From assembly GCA_965248755.1 (NCBI GenBank), contig OZ252149.1, positions 3,680,001 to 3,744,000 on the forward strand: a stretch of 64,000 bases of DNA, read 5' to 3'. Origin of the DNA: Candidatus Latescibacterota bacterium. GTDB lineage: Bacteria > Latescibacterota > CBDEFO01. The notes under the pieces are model-generated. The model saw only the letters and a list, made by a program, of their open reading frames with translations. It was not told the origin of the DNA and did no database searches. Position 1 is the first letter of the stretch; the number at the start of each line of letters is the position of its first letter. Both the position numbers and the translations under genes were made by a program. This document shows, piece after piece, positions 29,611 to 40,415 of the stretch.

Positions 29611-30720
29611 GTGTTTAGATCTCCACTACAAAGCATACACGAACGACTTGGAGCAGTATTTGCCGATTACGAAGGCTGGGAGATGCCTTCCCACTACGGA
29701 GATCGCGTTGGGGAGCATCTTAAAGTCAGAAGTGGTGTAGGCATTGCGGACGTGGGGCACCGAGCCCAGATCAAAATGACGGGGGAGGACAGGAAGGTGT
29801 TCCTCAACAGGATGGTCACCAACGACGTGTACGTCCTTGAGGAAGGAATGGGGGCCTACGCCGCTATGCTCACGCACAACGGAAAGATGATATTCGACAT
29901 GAACGTCTATTGTTTCCGGGACTCTTTGCTTGTAGATGTCGAACCTCAAAACAGAGAGAAGGTGTATCAAAACCTGGATAAGTACATAATCGCAGACGAT
30001 GTGCAGATGGAGGACGTAACAGAACGATTGGGAACTATATCCGTGCAAGGTCCGCAATCCACAAGGCATATTAATGCAGTGCTTAACATGCAGCTTCCCG
30101 ACCTTGGGGAGAATCACTATGTAGCGGCCGAGTTTGAAGATTGGGAACTTACTATCGCGCGGACGATCTATACGGGGGAGATCGGCTACCACATCTTTGC
30201 TCCGGTAGATTCGCTGGAGCCGCTTTGGAATGCCCTCTGTAAAGAAGGCCATAGCGACGCAACGCCCGTCGGTCTGGAGGCCCTGGACGCTCTCAGAATA
30301 GAGGCGGGCATACCTAAATATGGCCCGGACATGGACGAGAACATAATGCCCCCTGAAGCCGGCCTTGAGGAAAGGGCCATAAACTACGAAAAGCAGCTCA
30401 CAAGTCCGGACGGAAGCGGCTGCTACGTCGGTCAGGAAACGATTGCTATGATCAAATATAGAGGCAGAGTCAACAAGCACATAGTAGGTCTGGAGATAGA
30501 GTGCGATCTGCCTCCTGTAAAGGGAGAACAGCTATTCAAAGACGACAAAAAGGTCGGCGTCATAACCAGCGCAATTTTCTCCCCTCTGCTCGAAAAGACC
30601 GTGGCCCTCGGCTACGTCCACAGGAACTACACCGATCCTGGAAATGAACTACTTATATCCATAGATGGGACAAAGAAAAGGGCGCAGGTGGTGGCACTCC
30701 CGTTCTACAGTAAATCGTAA
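29611..30720 (+). CDS. Folate-binding aminomethyltransferase-like protein (GcvT/YgfZ family)
   Basis: YTGEIGY, LRIEAGIP, GCYVGQE; GTG start. Confidence 0.85.
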   Translation: MFRSPLQSIHERLGAVFADYEGWEMPSHYGDRVGEHLKVRSGVGIADVGHRAQIKMTGEDRKVFLNRMVTNDVYVLEEGMGAYAAMLTHNGKMIFDMNVYCFRDSLLVDVEPQNREKVYQNLDKYIIADDVQMEDVTERLGTISVQGPQSTRHINAVLNMQLPDLGENHYVAAEFEDWELTIARTIYTGEIGYHIFAPVDSLEPLWNALCKEGHSDATPVGLEALDALRIEAGIPKYGPDMDENIMPPEAGLEERAINYEKQLTSPDGSGCYVGQETIAMIKYRGRVNKHIVGLEIECDLPPVKGEQLFKDDKKVGVITSAIFSPLLEKTVALGYVHRNYTDPGNELLISIDGTKKRAQVVALPFYSKS

Positions 30721-30838
30721 GTAGGGGCGAACAGATCCCGATTGATTCTATCGGGGACAGGCGTGTTCGCCAGGTTTATCCGTATTTTCAGGGCAGACAC
30801 ATGGGTCTGCCTCCTGCAGACCTTTAGGGATCTCGAAT

Positions 30839-31906
30839 GTGGAAGGCCCCACATACATAGGCGATATTCTGAAGGACGAAGAGATCACGGCCTCTGCTCC
30901 GTGCCGCGTTGACGTAAGCGGAACCTGGGATCTTAAGGCATTTGCTCTCCCATACGAAAGCATATCTCCCTCCACCACAAATATAGCTCTTTCGCTCAGG
31001 ACCACAGTCAGATTAAGGCCCTACAGACCGGGCTGGATACTCATAACGGACGTGGAGACATCAGAGGAATTTCCTCAAAGCTACGTTCGCTTCGACAGCC
31101 ACTTCGGGATGATATCCGCCATCGTCTCCCATTTTTCCTTCCACGGGGTGCAGATAGAGATTGACTATCAGGCTCCGCCCAAGAGTGGGCTTGGGGGGTC
31201 AGGGACGCTGGCTGTTGCAGTTATCGCTGCGCTTTCGAGGGTAAATGAAATCTTGGGGAAGACCCCACTATCTTCAGGAGCTATAGCCCAGCTTGCGCAC
31301 GATATAGAGGATGGACTGCGCTACAGCTACACGGGCCTTCAGGATCAATGCGCGGCCGTCTTCGGAGGCGTCAACAGGTGGACGTGGCGTTACTCCTCAT
31401 CCGGTGAGAAATTCATAAGAGAAGTGATAATCACCGATCATAATCACTACGAAGAACTGGAATCCAGAATCATGCTCTGCTATCTTGGAAGAATCCACGA
31501 TTCGAGGGAGGGAAACAAAAAATATGTCCTCGATTTTTTTGGCGGTCAGACAAAAGACAAATGGTTCAGAATAAATCAGATCGGGCACGACTTTGCCGAA
31601 GCTTTGAAATCTAAAGATTGGGAGGGCGCAACGGGGCTCTTAATGGAGGAAAATGAAATACGCTGTTCGATCTTTTCAGATAGAATCACGCCCTTTGGAC
31701 GTAAGCTCCAGAAGGAGGCCGAGGAGTTGGGGTTCGGATTCGGATCGGCAGGAGTCGGAGACGGAGGATGCGTCTGGGCTTTAGGGGACAACAATAACAA
31801 TATTGAAGAACTCAGGAGCTTGTGGGAGCCTATACTTGCCGCTGTTCAGACGGCGCACATACTTGACGACATAAAGATAGACAGGGATGGATTGATAGTG
31901 CGATGA
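30839..31906 (+). CDS. GHMP-family sugar kinase
   Basis: [31 protein letters not shown]. Confidence 0.85.
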   Translation: MEGPTYIGDILKDEEITASAPCRVDVSGTWDLKAFALPYESISPSTTNIALSLRTTVRLRPYRPGWILITDVETSEEFPQSYVRFDSHFGMISAIVSHFSFHGVQIEIDYQAPPKSGLGGSGTLAVAVIAALSRVNEILGKTPLSSGAIAQLAHDIEDGLRYSYTGLQDQCAAVFGGVNRWTWRYSSSGEKFIREVIITDHNHYEELESRIMLCYLGRIHDSREGNKKYVLDFFGGQTKDKWFRINQIGHDFAEALKSKDWEGATGLLMEENEIRCSIFSDRITPFGRKLQKEAEELGFGFGSAGVGDGGCVWALGDNNNNIEELRSLWEPILAAVQTAHILDDIKIDRDGLIVR

Positions 31907-34719
31907 AAGACAGGATTCTGGTAAAGGGCGCAAGGGAGCACAATCTCAAGAATATAGATGTGGAGATCCCCCGAGAGAAGTTCGTAGTAATTACGGGGCT
32001 TTCTGGCTCGGGAAAATCTTCGCTGGCCTTCGACACCATCTACGCAGAGGGTCAGAGGCGATATGTGGAATCTCTGTCTGCTTATGCCAGACAATTCCTG
32101 GGGCTTATGGAAAAGCCCGACGTGGACTATATAGAGGGACTATCCCCAGCGATATCGATAGAACAGCGCACGGCGGCTCGGAATCCACGATCTACGGTGG
32201 GAACCGTAACAGAGATATACGATTACCTGCGCCTTCTCTTTGCAAGGATCGGTGTCCCGCACTGCTACAACTGCAAAAAGCCCATCGCACAGCAGACAGT
32301 CCAGCAGATGGCCGATACAATCAAAAGCCTGCCCCAGGAGGCGAAGATACAGATACTTGCTCCGCTGGTTCGAGGGAGGAAGGGAGAATACAAAGAGGTC
32401 TTCCAAAAGGCCCGAAAAGAGGGCTACGTGAGGGTCAGGGTGAACGGTGAAGTTATGACATTGGATAAGGACATAAAACTGGACAGGTACAAAAACCACA
32501 ATATAGAAGTCGTGGTGGATAGACTCATAGTGAGCGAAAGGATCGCTTCCCGGCTTGCGGACTCACTCGAAACTGCCTTAAAGCTGGGAGAGGGCATTGT
32601 GATGGTGGACGTGATTGACAAAGAGGAACTCCTCTTCTCCGAGCACTTTGCCTGCATCGACTGCAGAATCAGCTACGAAGAGATAGAACCCAGAGCCTTC
32701 TCCTTCAACAGCCCTTATGGGGCGTGTACCGAGTGCGACGGCATCGGGACACAGATGAAAATTGACCCGGATCTTATTATACCTAACCCCAACCTTTCGA
32801 TAGCAGAAGGGGCGATCGCCTGCTGGGGGGTTCCCAACATGCAGTGGTTCCACGGCGTCCTCTTATCCCTCTCCCGACACTACAAATTCACCTTAAGGAC
32901 GCCCTTCTACAAGCTTCCAGAGCCGGCACAAAACGTCGTACTGTGGGGCACAGACGAAAGAATAGGGATGGCATACACCGACGATGAAGGAGTAGAGAGA
33001 AAGTACGAATCTAAATTTGAAGGCGTCATCCCGCGTCTTGAAAGGAGATACAAGCAGACCGAATCGCAGGAGGTCCGGGGATGGATAGAGAACTTTATGG
33101 GCACAAAGCCCTGCCCTGCCTGCAAAGGCGCAAGGCTCAAAAAGGAGAGCCTTGCTGTGGAGCTCAGAGACCTTAATATCACAGAACTTACCTCGATGTC
33201 GGTCAACGATACAGCCAGATTCTTTGACAAGTTGAATCCCACGAAAAGAGAAGAGGCCATCGCCCACCAGATCATCAAAGAGATAAAAGAAAGGCTCAGC
33301 TTCCTTGTGAACGTTGGCGTGGACTATCTAACGCTTGGCAGAAGGGCCTACACGCTTTCAGGCGGAGAGGCTCAGAGAATTCGCCTTGCCACGCAGATAG
33401 GCTCACAGTTAGTCGGCGTGCTCTACATCCTGGATGAACCCAGCATAGGATTGCATCAAAGGGACAACAGACGGCTTCTGGACATGCTCCTTGCCCTCCG
33501 AGACCTCGGAAACACAGTCCTGGTCGTCGAGCATGACAAGGAGACCATACTGACGGCGGATCACGTGATCGACATGGGGCCCAGAGCAGGGGCCGACGGC
33601 GGGAGGGTCGTCACCTTCGGCAGCCCTTCGGAGGTCGCAAAGAACGGATCGCTAACGGGGCAATATCTCTCAGGGGCAAAGAAGATCCCGGTTCCTTCAG
33701 ACAGGCGCCCCGGAAACGGAAGATATATAGAGATCGTCAAAGCCCAGGGTAATAATCTCAAATCGATCGATGTCAAGATCCCATTGGGGACGTTCACCTG
33801 CGTCACAGGAGTCTCTGGCTCAGGAAAATCCACGCTTATCAACGAGACGCTCTACAGATCTCTGGCTCAGAAGATATACAGATCCAGGGATGCTGCGTTG
33901 AGCCATGAAAAGATCGTAAACTGGGGAGAGATAGACAAGGTCATAAACATAGATCAATCGCCAATAGGTAAGACCCCGCGCTCGAATCCAGCCACATACA
34001 CGGGACTCTTCACGTACATAAGAGAACTCTTTGTACAGATACCCGAGTCGAAGATGAGGGGCTACAAGCCAGGCAGGTTCAGCTTCAACGTAAAGGGCGG
34101 GCGATGCGAGGCTTGTAGAGGCGATGGGATCGTGAAGATAGAGATGCACTTTCTTCCGGATGTATATATCCCCTGTGAGGTCTGCAAGGGCAATCGGTAC
34201 AACAGAGAGACATTGGAGGTAAGATATAAGGGCAAGTCGGTAGCCGATGTTCTGGATATGACGGTTGAGGAGGCGCTTGGGTTCTTCCAGAATATTCCCA
34301 AGACAAAGCGCAAGCTCCAGACCCTGTACGAAGTGGGCCTGGGCTATATACATTTAGGTCAACAGGCGACTACTCTCTCGGGAGGAGAGGCCCAAAGGGT
34401 CAAGCTTTCGACCGAGCTTTCAAAGTTGAGCACCGGCAGGACGCTCTACATATTAGACGAGCCTACGACGGGGCTCCACTTTGAGGACATCAAGATGCTC
34501 TTAAACATGCTCTATAAGCTAGTGGGCAAGGGGAATACGGTCGTTGTGATCGAACATAATTTAGATGTGATAAAGACTGCCGATTACATAATAGACCTTG
34601 GACCTGAGGGCGGAGACGAAGGAGGATGGATTGTCGCAGAGGGGACGCCTGAGGAGATAGCGCAGATAGAAAAATCGTATACGGGGAGGTTCTTGAAGAA
34701 GGAACTGGGGATACTATAG
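31903..34719 (+). CDS. uvrA: Excinuclease ABC subunit A
   Basis: Two ABC ATPase domains ([26 protein letters not shown]) and zinc fingers. Confidence 0.98.
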   Translation: MKDRILVKGAREHNLKNIDVEIPREKFVVITGLSGSGKSSLAFDTIYAEGQRRYVESLSAYARQFLGLMEKPDVDYIEGLSPAISIEQRTAARNPRSTVGTVTEIYDYLRLLFARIGVPHCYNCKKPIAQQTVQQMADTIKSLPQEAKIQILAPLVRGRKGEYKEVFQKARKEGYVRVRVNGEVMTLDKDIKLDRYKNHNIEVVVDRLIVSERIASRLADSLETALKLGEGIVMVDVIDKEELLFSEHFACIDCRISYEEIEPRAFSFNSPYGACTECDGIGTQMKIDPDLIIPNPNLSIAEGAIACWGVPNMQWFHGVLLSLSRHYKFTLRTPFYKLPEPAQNVVLWGTDERIGMAYTDDEGVERKYESKFEGVIPRLERRYKQTESQEVRGWIENFMGTKPCPACKGARLKKESLAVELRDLNITELTSMSVNDTARFFDKLNPTKREEAIAHQIIKEIKERLSFLVNVGVDYLTLGRRAYTLSGGEAQRIRLATQIGSQLVGVLYILDEPSIGLHQRDNRRLLDMLLALRDLGNTVLVVEHDKETILTADHVIDMGPRAGADGGRVVTFGSPSEVAKNGSLTGQYLSGAKKIPVPSDRRPGNGRYIEIVKAQGNNLKSIDVKIPLGTFTCVTGVSGSGKSTLINETLYRSLAQKIYRSRDAALSHEKIVNWGEIDKVINIDQSPIGKTPRSNPATYTGLFTYIRELFVQIPESKMRGYKPGRFSFNVKGGRCEACRGDGIVKIEMHFLPDVYIPCEVCKGNRYNRETLEVRYKGKSVADVLDMTVEEALGFFQNIPKTKRKLQTLYEVGLGYIHLGQQATTLSGGEAQRVKLSTELSKLSTGRTLYILDEPTTGLHFEDIKMLLNMLYKLVGKGNTVVVIEHNLDVIKTADYIIDLGPEGGDEGGWIVAEGTPEEIAQIEKSYTGRFLKKELGIL

Positions 34720-34893
34720 ATAAGCAGACAGAGGTACCGTCTCTATCGCAAGAACGAGATTGCTTTCCCCCGATCCCCGATTCACTCTTTCGGGTGTTCA
34801 ATCGGGTGCACTCGCAATGACAGTTCATCTGTTGCCGAGCTTTCAGTCATTGAGACGTGCTAAACGCTGAAGCAAGCTCAACGGATAGATAAC

Positions 34894-35520
34894 ATGCCCA
34901 CCAGGATATACCTCATAAGACACGGACAGACTGGCTTCAATGCTGAGGGTAGGATACAGGGACAGATGCACAATCCCTTGAGCCAGAAAGGACATAGACA
35001 GGCAAAAGCCTTAGCCCGACGCATCCAGAGCGAAGGGATAGAGTCGCTCCATGCGAGCGACCTGCTGAGAACCAGACAGACGGCAGAGCCTATATCTGAA
35101 GCCACAGGACTTCCAATAACGTTCCACACTGAATTCAGAGAGATATGCCTCGGAGACTTCCAGGGACTAACGTGGCCGGAAGCCGAATCAAAGTTTCCAA
35201 AGGAATGTGAACAGTATGTACAGGATTCCTTTGATTTTGTCTTTCCCAACGGGGAGAACTTCCTCCAGGTAAGAGATAGATCGTTCCGAAGGGTCTTGCA
35301 GATAGCCCATGAATATGAAGGTCAAAGGATAGCCGTGGTCACACACGGAGGTCCGATAGGACTTATGTTAGTTGAGTTCCTCATGGCGGACATAACTTTG
35401 TACAACCGCATCCTGACATACAATACATCCGTTAACATAGTGGAAAGGGGAGCGAACGGTTGGGAAATCGTCGCCTTAAACGATACCTGTCATCTGACGC
35501 CCGATTTGAAAGATGAATAG
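34894..35520 (+). CDS. Histidine phosphatase (phosphoglycerate mutase family)
   Basis: LIRHGQT, SDLLR, VTHGG. Confidence 0.9.
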   Translation: MPTRIYLIRHGQTGFNAEGRIQGQMHNPLSQKGHRQAKALARRIQSEGIESLHASDLLRTRQTAEPISEATGLPITFHTEFREICLGDFQGLTWPEAESKFPKECEQYVQDSFDFVFPNGENFLQVRDRSFRRVLQIAHEYEGQRIAVVTHGGPIGLMLVEFLMADITLYNRILTYNTSVNIVERGANGWEIVALNDTCHLTPDLKDE

Positions 35521-35634
35521 GAGGCACAGAGGCTATTTAGCTGAGTCGAAAGGATTTTCACACTGAGACTTAAAATCCGCAACATCTCTACAGACAGAGG
35601 GAAGGCGGTGTCCCTGTCTACTGAACAGACAAGA

Positions 35635-36894
35635 ATGTCTGTTCTACTGTCTACTTGTTTACTCCTAATAGTTGTTTTTCTCATTCCCCTCGACTCTCAG
35701 GCCGCTTTCGATCCCCAAATTCAAAGCCTTTTAGATCAGGTCTCAGTTGATAACCTGAGAAGGGATGTCCAGAGGCTGGAGGACTTTGGGACAAGATATG
35801 CCTTCTCAGACTCCATAGATGCAGTAAGCGATTGGCTGTTCAACCGATTTGTGGAACTGGGGTATGAGGAAGTCATTTTCGACCAGTTCAGCGCTTTTGG
35901 TAGGACGCACAGAAACGTCGTGGCGATCAAAAGGGGAACGAAAGACCCCGATAAGATAGTTGTCATAGGGGGACACTACGATTCTATAGTCACAGTGTCG
36001 GGAGGGAATCCGCTCCTATCTGCCCCTGGAGCTGACGACAACGCCACAGGGACATCGGCCACGCTTGAGATAGCCAGAATAGTTGGGGCTGTAGAGCTTC
36101 AATCCACCGTCTATTTCGTCCTCTTTGCAGTCGAAGAACTCGGCCTACTCGGAAGCAGACACTTTGCCGCAAGGGGCAAGGAGCAGGGTCTGGATATACA
36201 ACTGATGATCAACCTGGACGCGCTCGGCCACAACCCCGATTCTACAAAGGAGATACTCATAGTTTCAGACGAGATGTCCCTTCCATTTGCAGAGATCGCT
36301 GTCCAGATAGCCAAGGACTATACTGACCTTGTGCCGATAAGTCTGGACAGCAAAAAGGAAATAGAGCTCGTAAGGTGCGACTGCTCGGATCATCAGCCCT
36401 TCATAGATGCCGGCTACAGAGCCATTGCTCTTTCTGAGGCCAATCCCCTACGAAATCCCAATATTCATTTAAACACCGATCTGATAGGGACTCTACAGTT
36501 TCCCCTTTTTTTTGAGCTTACCCAGGTGGCGCTCGGGGTCCTAACCTCCACAGCCGGGATAGAGGTGATTACTGTCGTGCTTCAAGATCAGGATGAAGAG
36601 AACTTTCCTGAAGCTTTTGCCCTCCATCAAAATTATCCCAACCCTTTCAATGAAAAGACTCTGATAGCCTACACTCTTGCTCAGACCGCAGACGTAACTA
36701 TGACTATTTACAATCAGGTGGGACAGACCGTAGCCGTACTTGTTAAAGAGGTACAAGCCCCCGGCTATCACACCATAGCCTGGGATGCAAGAGACCAGAG
36801 CGGTTTTCCTCTATCCAGCGGGATATACTTCTACCACCTTGCGATAGGAGACTTCCAGCATACAGATGCAAAGAGGATGCTCCTCCTCAAGTGA
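35635..36894 (+). CDS. Secreted M28 metallopeptidase with FlgD/T9SS-like C-terminal domain (start uncertain)
   Basis: GGHYDS, GADDNATG, EELGL, SDHQPF; QNYPNPFN tail. Confidence 0.85.
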   Translation: MSVLLSTCLLLIVVFLIPLDSQAAFDPQIQSLLDQVSVDNLRRDVQRLEDFGTRYAFSDSIDAVSDWLFNRFVELGYEEVIFDQFSAFGRTHRNVVAIKRGTKDPDKIVVIGGHYDSIVTVSGGNPLLSAPGADDNATGTSATLEIARIVGAVELQSTVYFVLFAVEELGLLGSRHFAARGKEQGLDIQLMINLDALGHNPDSTKEILIVSDEMSLPFAEIAVQIAKDYTDLVPISLDSKKEIELVRCDCSDHQPFIDAGYRAIALSEANPLRNPNIHLNTDLIGTLQFPLFFELTQVALGVLTSTAGIEVITVVLQDQDEENFPEAFALHQNYPNPFNEKTLIAYTLAQTADVTMTIYNQVGQTVAVLVKEVQAPGYHTIAWDARDQSGFPLSSGIYFYHLAIGDFQHTDAKRMLLLK

Positions 36895-37009
36895 ACAGAT
36901 CCGTTTTGCCGAAAAACGAAAGGGGAAGCGCAAAGCTATGTCTTTGGATAGAACACAATCTTTGGCGCCTCCCCTCGCTACGACCGAAATTTTGTAGATC
37001 CAGACGATA

Positions 37010-37765
37010 CTACACCTTCAGAAAAGCCCCCGGCTTATCCCACTGTCCCTTCTCGTAGAGGAACTTCACGCTCCTGTCCACCAATAGCTGACCGTCCTGT
37101 GCAAGCGTTATCTTAACCCTTTCCAGAGGTCTTGGAGCAGGACCTTCGTAGTTTACGCCGCTCATTTTAAATCCGCTGCCGTGACAGGGGCACTTGAATT
37201 TATCCTCAATGGCGAACCACCTGGGCGTGCATCCTAAATGCGTGCAGATCGCTGAAAGAGCATAGAATCCTTCCTCTTTTCTCACGATCCAGACCCTGTA
37301 TTCCCCGACCCATCTTTCGCTTACGGTTCCGACCTGGTACTCCTCAGGATAGCCCGACTTAAACGAAGGCGATGGTTCAAAGAGCACCCTCGGAAACATA
37401 GCCCTGACTAAACTACCGGTAGCAGCCAGTATTGCAGCCACAAAGCCGCCCCAGCCCAATCTTGTGATAAACTTTCTCCGCGAGCTTTCAGGGCTTTCCT
37501 TACCTAACTTCCCAGCCCCCTTTGTCTTCCTGGGATCTCTACCGACAGGTTCAGCTTTTGCTCCCGCATCAGCGGCCCGTTTCGATACAGCCTTTTGCGG
37601 AACTGCCTTGGCCGTTTGCCCTTCTTCTGTGACTTTCCTTTTGCTTACAGCCTTCTGCCTGACCGGTTTGGGCCCTTCCTGAGACGCATCGGCCTCTTTA
37701 ATGTTTTCTGGGTTTTCTGGCGTTTCTGTCTGTTCCTCTGCAGGATCCTTTGCCTCTTGGCCCAT
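37010..37765 (-). CDS. Rieske iron-sulfur subunit (bc-complex type)
   Basis: Tat-like SRRKFI plus TM helix; CTHLGC and CPCHGS; GPAPRPL. Confidence 0.9.
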   Translation of the reverse strand: MGQEAKDPAEEQTETPENPENIKEADASQEGPKPVRQKAVSKRKVTEEGQTAKAVPQKAVSKRAADAGAKAEPVGRDPRKTKGAGKLGKESPESSRRKFITRLGWGGFVAAILAATGSLVRAMFPRVLFEPSPSFKSGYPEEYQVGTVSERWVGEYRVWIVRKEEGFYALSAICTHLGCTPRWFAIEDKFKCPCHGSGFKMSGVNYEGPAPRPLERVKITLAQDGQLLVDRSVKFLYEKGQWDKPGAFLKV

Positions 37766-37992
37766 GTAACTTCACTCCTTAGATTTTATTGGATGCTCTT
37801 GCTCAACTAACGTTATTGACACAATCTAAACAATAACATTTACCGCACGCCCTGTCAAGTCCTTTGCACGTGTTACGAAGAGATTTTTAATTTGGTTTCG
37901 GGTCAAAATAATAAACAGCATACCAGGGTTGCCCTGCCGCCTTGAATGTAGGGGCTGGGTTACCAAACCCTTGGGGCGAGGGAACCTCGCCC

Positions 37993-38874
37993 CTACATCT
38001 GTCTACTTAATTTTGGGTCAAGGGCGTCTCTCAATCCGTCCCCGAACAGATTGAATCCCAATACGACCGTAAATATCGCAAGCCCCGGAAAGACGCACAC
38101 CCAGGGCTGCGTGGTAAGATACCTCTGCCCCTCGGTTACCATGGTCCCCCAACTGGGGATAGGCGGCTGAGCCCCTAATCCTAAAAAGCTCAACCAGGCC
38201 TCCGTAAGTATGTTGCCCGCCACCCTTATGGTCGCCGCTACGATAAGAGGGGCCATAGCGTTCGGTAAGACGTGCCTTAATATGATCCTCCACGTCCTGG
38301 CACCCAGCGCCCTTGCGGCCTGAGTGTACTCCTCCTGTCTGACGGACAGTATCTTGGCTCTTACCAGCCGCGCTATCCCGGTCCAACCTATGAACCCCAA
38401 CACGAAGAAAATTTTGTCTACAGACGGATTTTCGAAGATCGCCATCACCGCGATCACAAGAAGCGGAGCCGGCATCGCAAAAAATATGTCAGTGATCCTC
38501 ATGATAAGATTATCTATCCATCCGCCGTAGTATCCCGCTGCAGTTCCAAGGACTACGCCTATCCACACGGAGATCAGCATGGCTATAAATCCGACCTGAA
38601 GCGAAATTCTTGAGCCGTATATGATCCTGCTGAATATGTCTCTTCCCAGGTCGTCTGTCCCGAACGGATGCTGAAGGCTTGGAGGAGCCACGATGTTGGA
38701 TATATCTGTCTCCCATATATCAGAGTCCGGATAAGGATCGTAAGGGGCAAGGATTGGAGCCGATGCGCCCATCAAGATCAACCCAATTACAATTGCTAGC
38801 CCCACCAGCGCCATTCTGCTTTTTTTGAACTGTCTCCACGTTAAAGATATGAAAGAGTCAGTCTTTTTGATCAT
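37993..38874 (-). CDS. Peptide ABC transporter permease (OppC/DppC)
   Basis: FGTDDLGRD, AARALGA, LRDALDP. Confidence 0.92.
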   Translation of the reverse strand: MIKKTDSFISLTWRQFKKSRMALVGLAIVIGLILMGASAPILAPYDPYPDSDIWETDISNIVAPPSLQHPFGTDDLGRDIFSRIIYGSRISLQVGFIAMLISVWIGVVLGTAAGYYGGWIDNLIMRITDIFFAMPAPLLVIAVMAIFENPSVDKIFFVLGFIGWTGIARLVRAKILSVRQEEYTQAARALGARTWRIILRHVLPNAMAPLIVAATIRVAGNILTEAWLSFLGLGAQPPIPSWGTMVTEGQRYLTTQPWVCVFPGLAIFTVVLGFNLFGDGLRDALDPKLSRQM

Positions 38875-39793
38875 ACGAGATCCTCGGATCTAAATAAGCA
38901 TAAGAAAGATCCACAATCAGATTCACAATTACAAATACAAAAGCCAGAAATATGACCACGCCTTCGACTACAGGCAGGTCCCTCATCCTGATGGCATCCA
39001 CAGCCGCCCTCCCAAGCCCGGGCCATGCAAAGACGGTCTCAGTGGCGACAGCCCCTCCCAAGAGACTTGCAAGGTCCACCCCGATAACTGTCACCACAGG
39101 GATAAGGGCGTTCTTCAAGGCGTGCTTTAAGATCACTTGCGCTTTTGAGAGCCCTTTAGCTCGGGCGGTCCTGACATAGTCCTGACCTATCACCTCCAGC
39201 ATGCTGGCTCTGGTCATCCTCGCAATATAGCCCACAGATACTGCCGAAAGAGACAGTGCCGGCAGGACAAGATAGGCCAGGCCACCATCTCCGTATCCTG
39301 CGACAGGGAACCACTCGAGATAAGATGCAAAGAGAACAATAAGCATCATCCCGAGCCAGAACACAGGCGTCGAGACGCCAATCATCGAGCCAGCCATGAC
39401 AATATCGTCCACTATAGAGCCTCTGTACATAGCCGCAAGGATGCCCGCGCTCATGCCCAGTATTACAGCTATAAAGAGAGATGCTAAAGTCAGCCTCAAT
39501 GTGGCGGGGAATCGCTCTCGTATTATCTTGGTCACCGCTCGCCTCTGCCTGTAGGACGTCCCCAGATCGCCCCTTGCGAGTTTCCCCAGGAACCTTGCGT
39601 ATTGCACGTAGACTGACCTGTCCAGACCCAATTCCGCCCGTATCCTCTTTACCACCGCAGGATCGCCGTGCTGTCCCAGGAGCAATCTTGCGGGATCGCC
39701 GGGCACTATAAACATAAGGACAAACACAATCGTGGCTATCCCCCACAGCACAGGGATAGTCATAAGCAGTCTCCTTATGGTATAGGCTATCAT
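38858..39793 (-). CDS. Peptide ABC transporter permease (OppB/DppB)
   Basis: GDLGTSY, DYVRTARAKGL, AYLDPRI. Confidence 0.92.
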   Translation of the reverse strand: MIAYTIRRLLMTIPVLWGIATIVFVLMFIVPGDPARLLLGQHGDPAVVKRIRAELGLDRSVYVQYARFLGKLARGDLGTSYRQRRAVTKIIRERFPATLRLTLASLFIAVILGMSAGILAAMYRGSIVDDIVMAGSMIGVSTPVFWLGMMLIVLFASYLEWFPVAGYGDGGLAYLVLPALSLSAVSVGYIARMTRASMLEVIGQDYVRTARAKGLSKAQVILKHALKNALIPVVTVIGVDLASLLGGAVATETVFAWPGLGRAAVDAIRMRDLPVVEGVVIFLAFVFVIVNLIVDLSYAYLDPRISYDQKD

Positions 39794-40168
39794 AGCCCCA
39801 GAAAGATAAAATGCCATAGCTTAAATGTCAACAACCAATTTCCGCTTGACTTACTGTATTTGACAGTTTATTATTCTCCAAGGAAGCCAGGACTATGAGG
39901 CTCGTCAAGTTATCGCTTTAGTGGCTGGTAAACCCATCCCTTCTGGCGACCACTGCGTGGCTTGTTGCCTCCACTCCCCAACAATGAACGCAGCGCCACG
40001 CCCCACTACTCTCGATAAGGTCAAGCACGGTAACGTTAGCCCCCATAATACCCACGGCAACTGAACACCTTGCTGACTTTCACATCAACTACCTCCATGG
40101 AAGTGAACCCGGCTTTGGAGCTGTGGGTTTTAAGCCGATCCCTGGGCGATAGCAAAAAAGAGGTTAGA

Positions 40169-40350
40169 CCCCCATTCCCATATTAGACCCAAAAAATGGT
40201 TGTCAAAGTGACCAGAACATGTTAGATTACAATAAATAAGACTCACAAATGGCGGATATATATTGATCATCCAGAGGGTGAAAGCATAAATATGGGATTT
40301 GATGGAAGTATTAAGCTTGAATTTCATGGTGCGAAGGTGACATCTGGCGG
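40169..40350 (+). mobile_element. IS1380-family left-end fragment
   Basis: CCCCCATTCCCATATTAGACCC...GFDGSIKLEFHGAKVTSGG matches the left end of the intact copies. Confidence 0.8.
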
Positions 40351-40415
40351 GATCTGCAGCAGCTCATACACTTTCGTTCTTTTCTTCCAAAGACTTCAAT
40401 TGGGGGTGAGGGTTT

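Noticed and set aside
30729..30768. LexA box upstream of the GHMP kinase-uvrA genes
   Set aside because: The GAAC and GTTC halves belong to a REP hairpin and have the wrong spacing even after removing the palindrome insert
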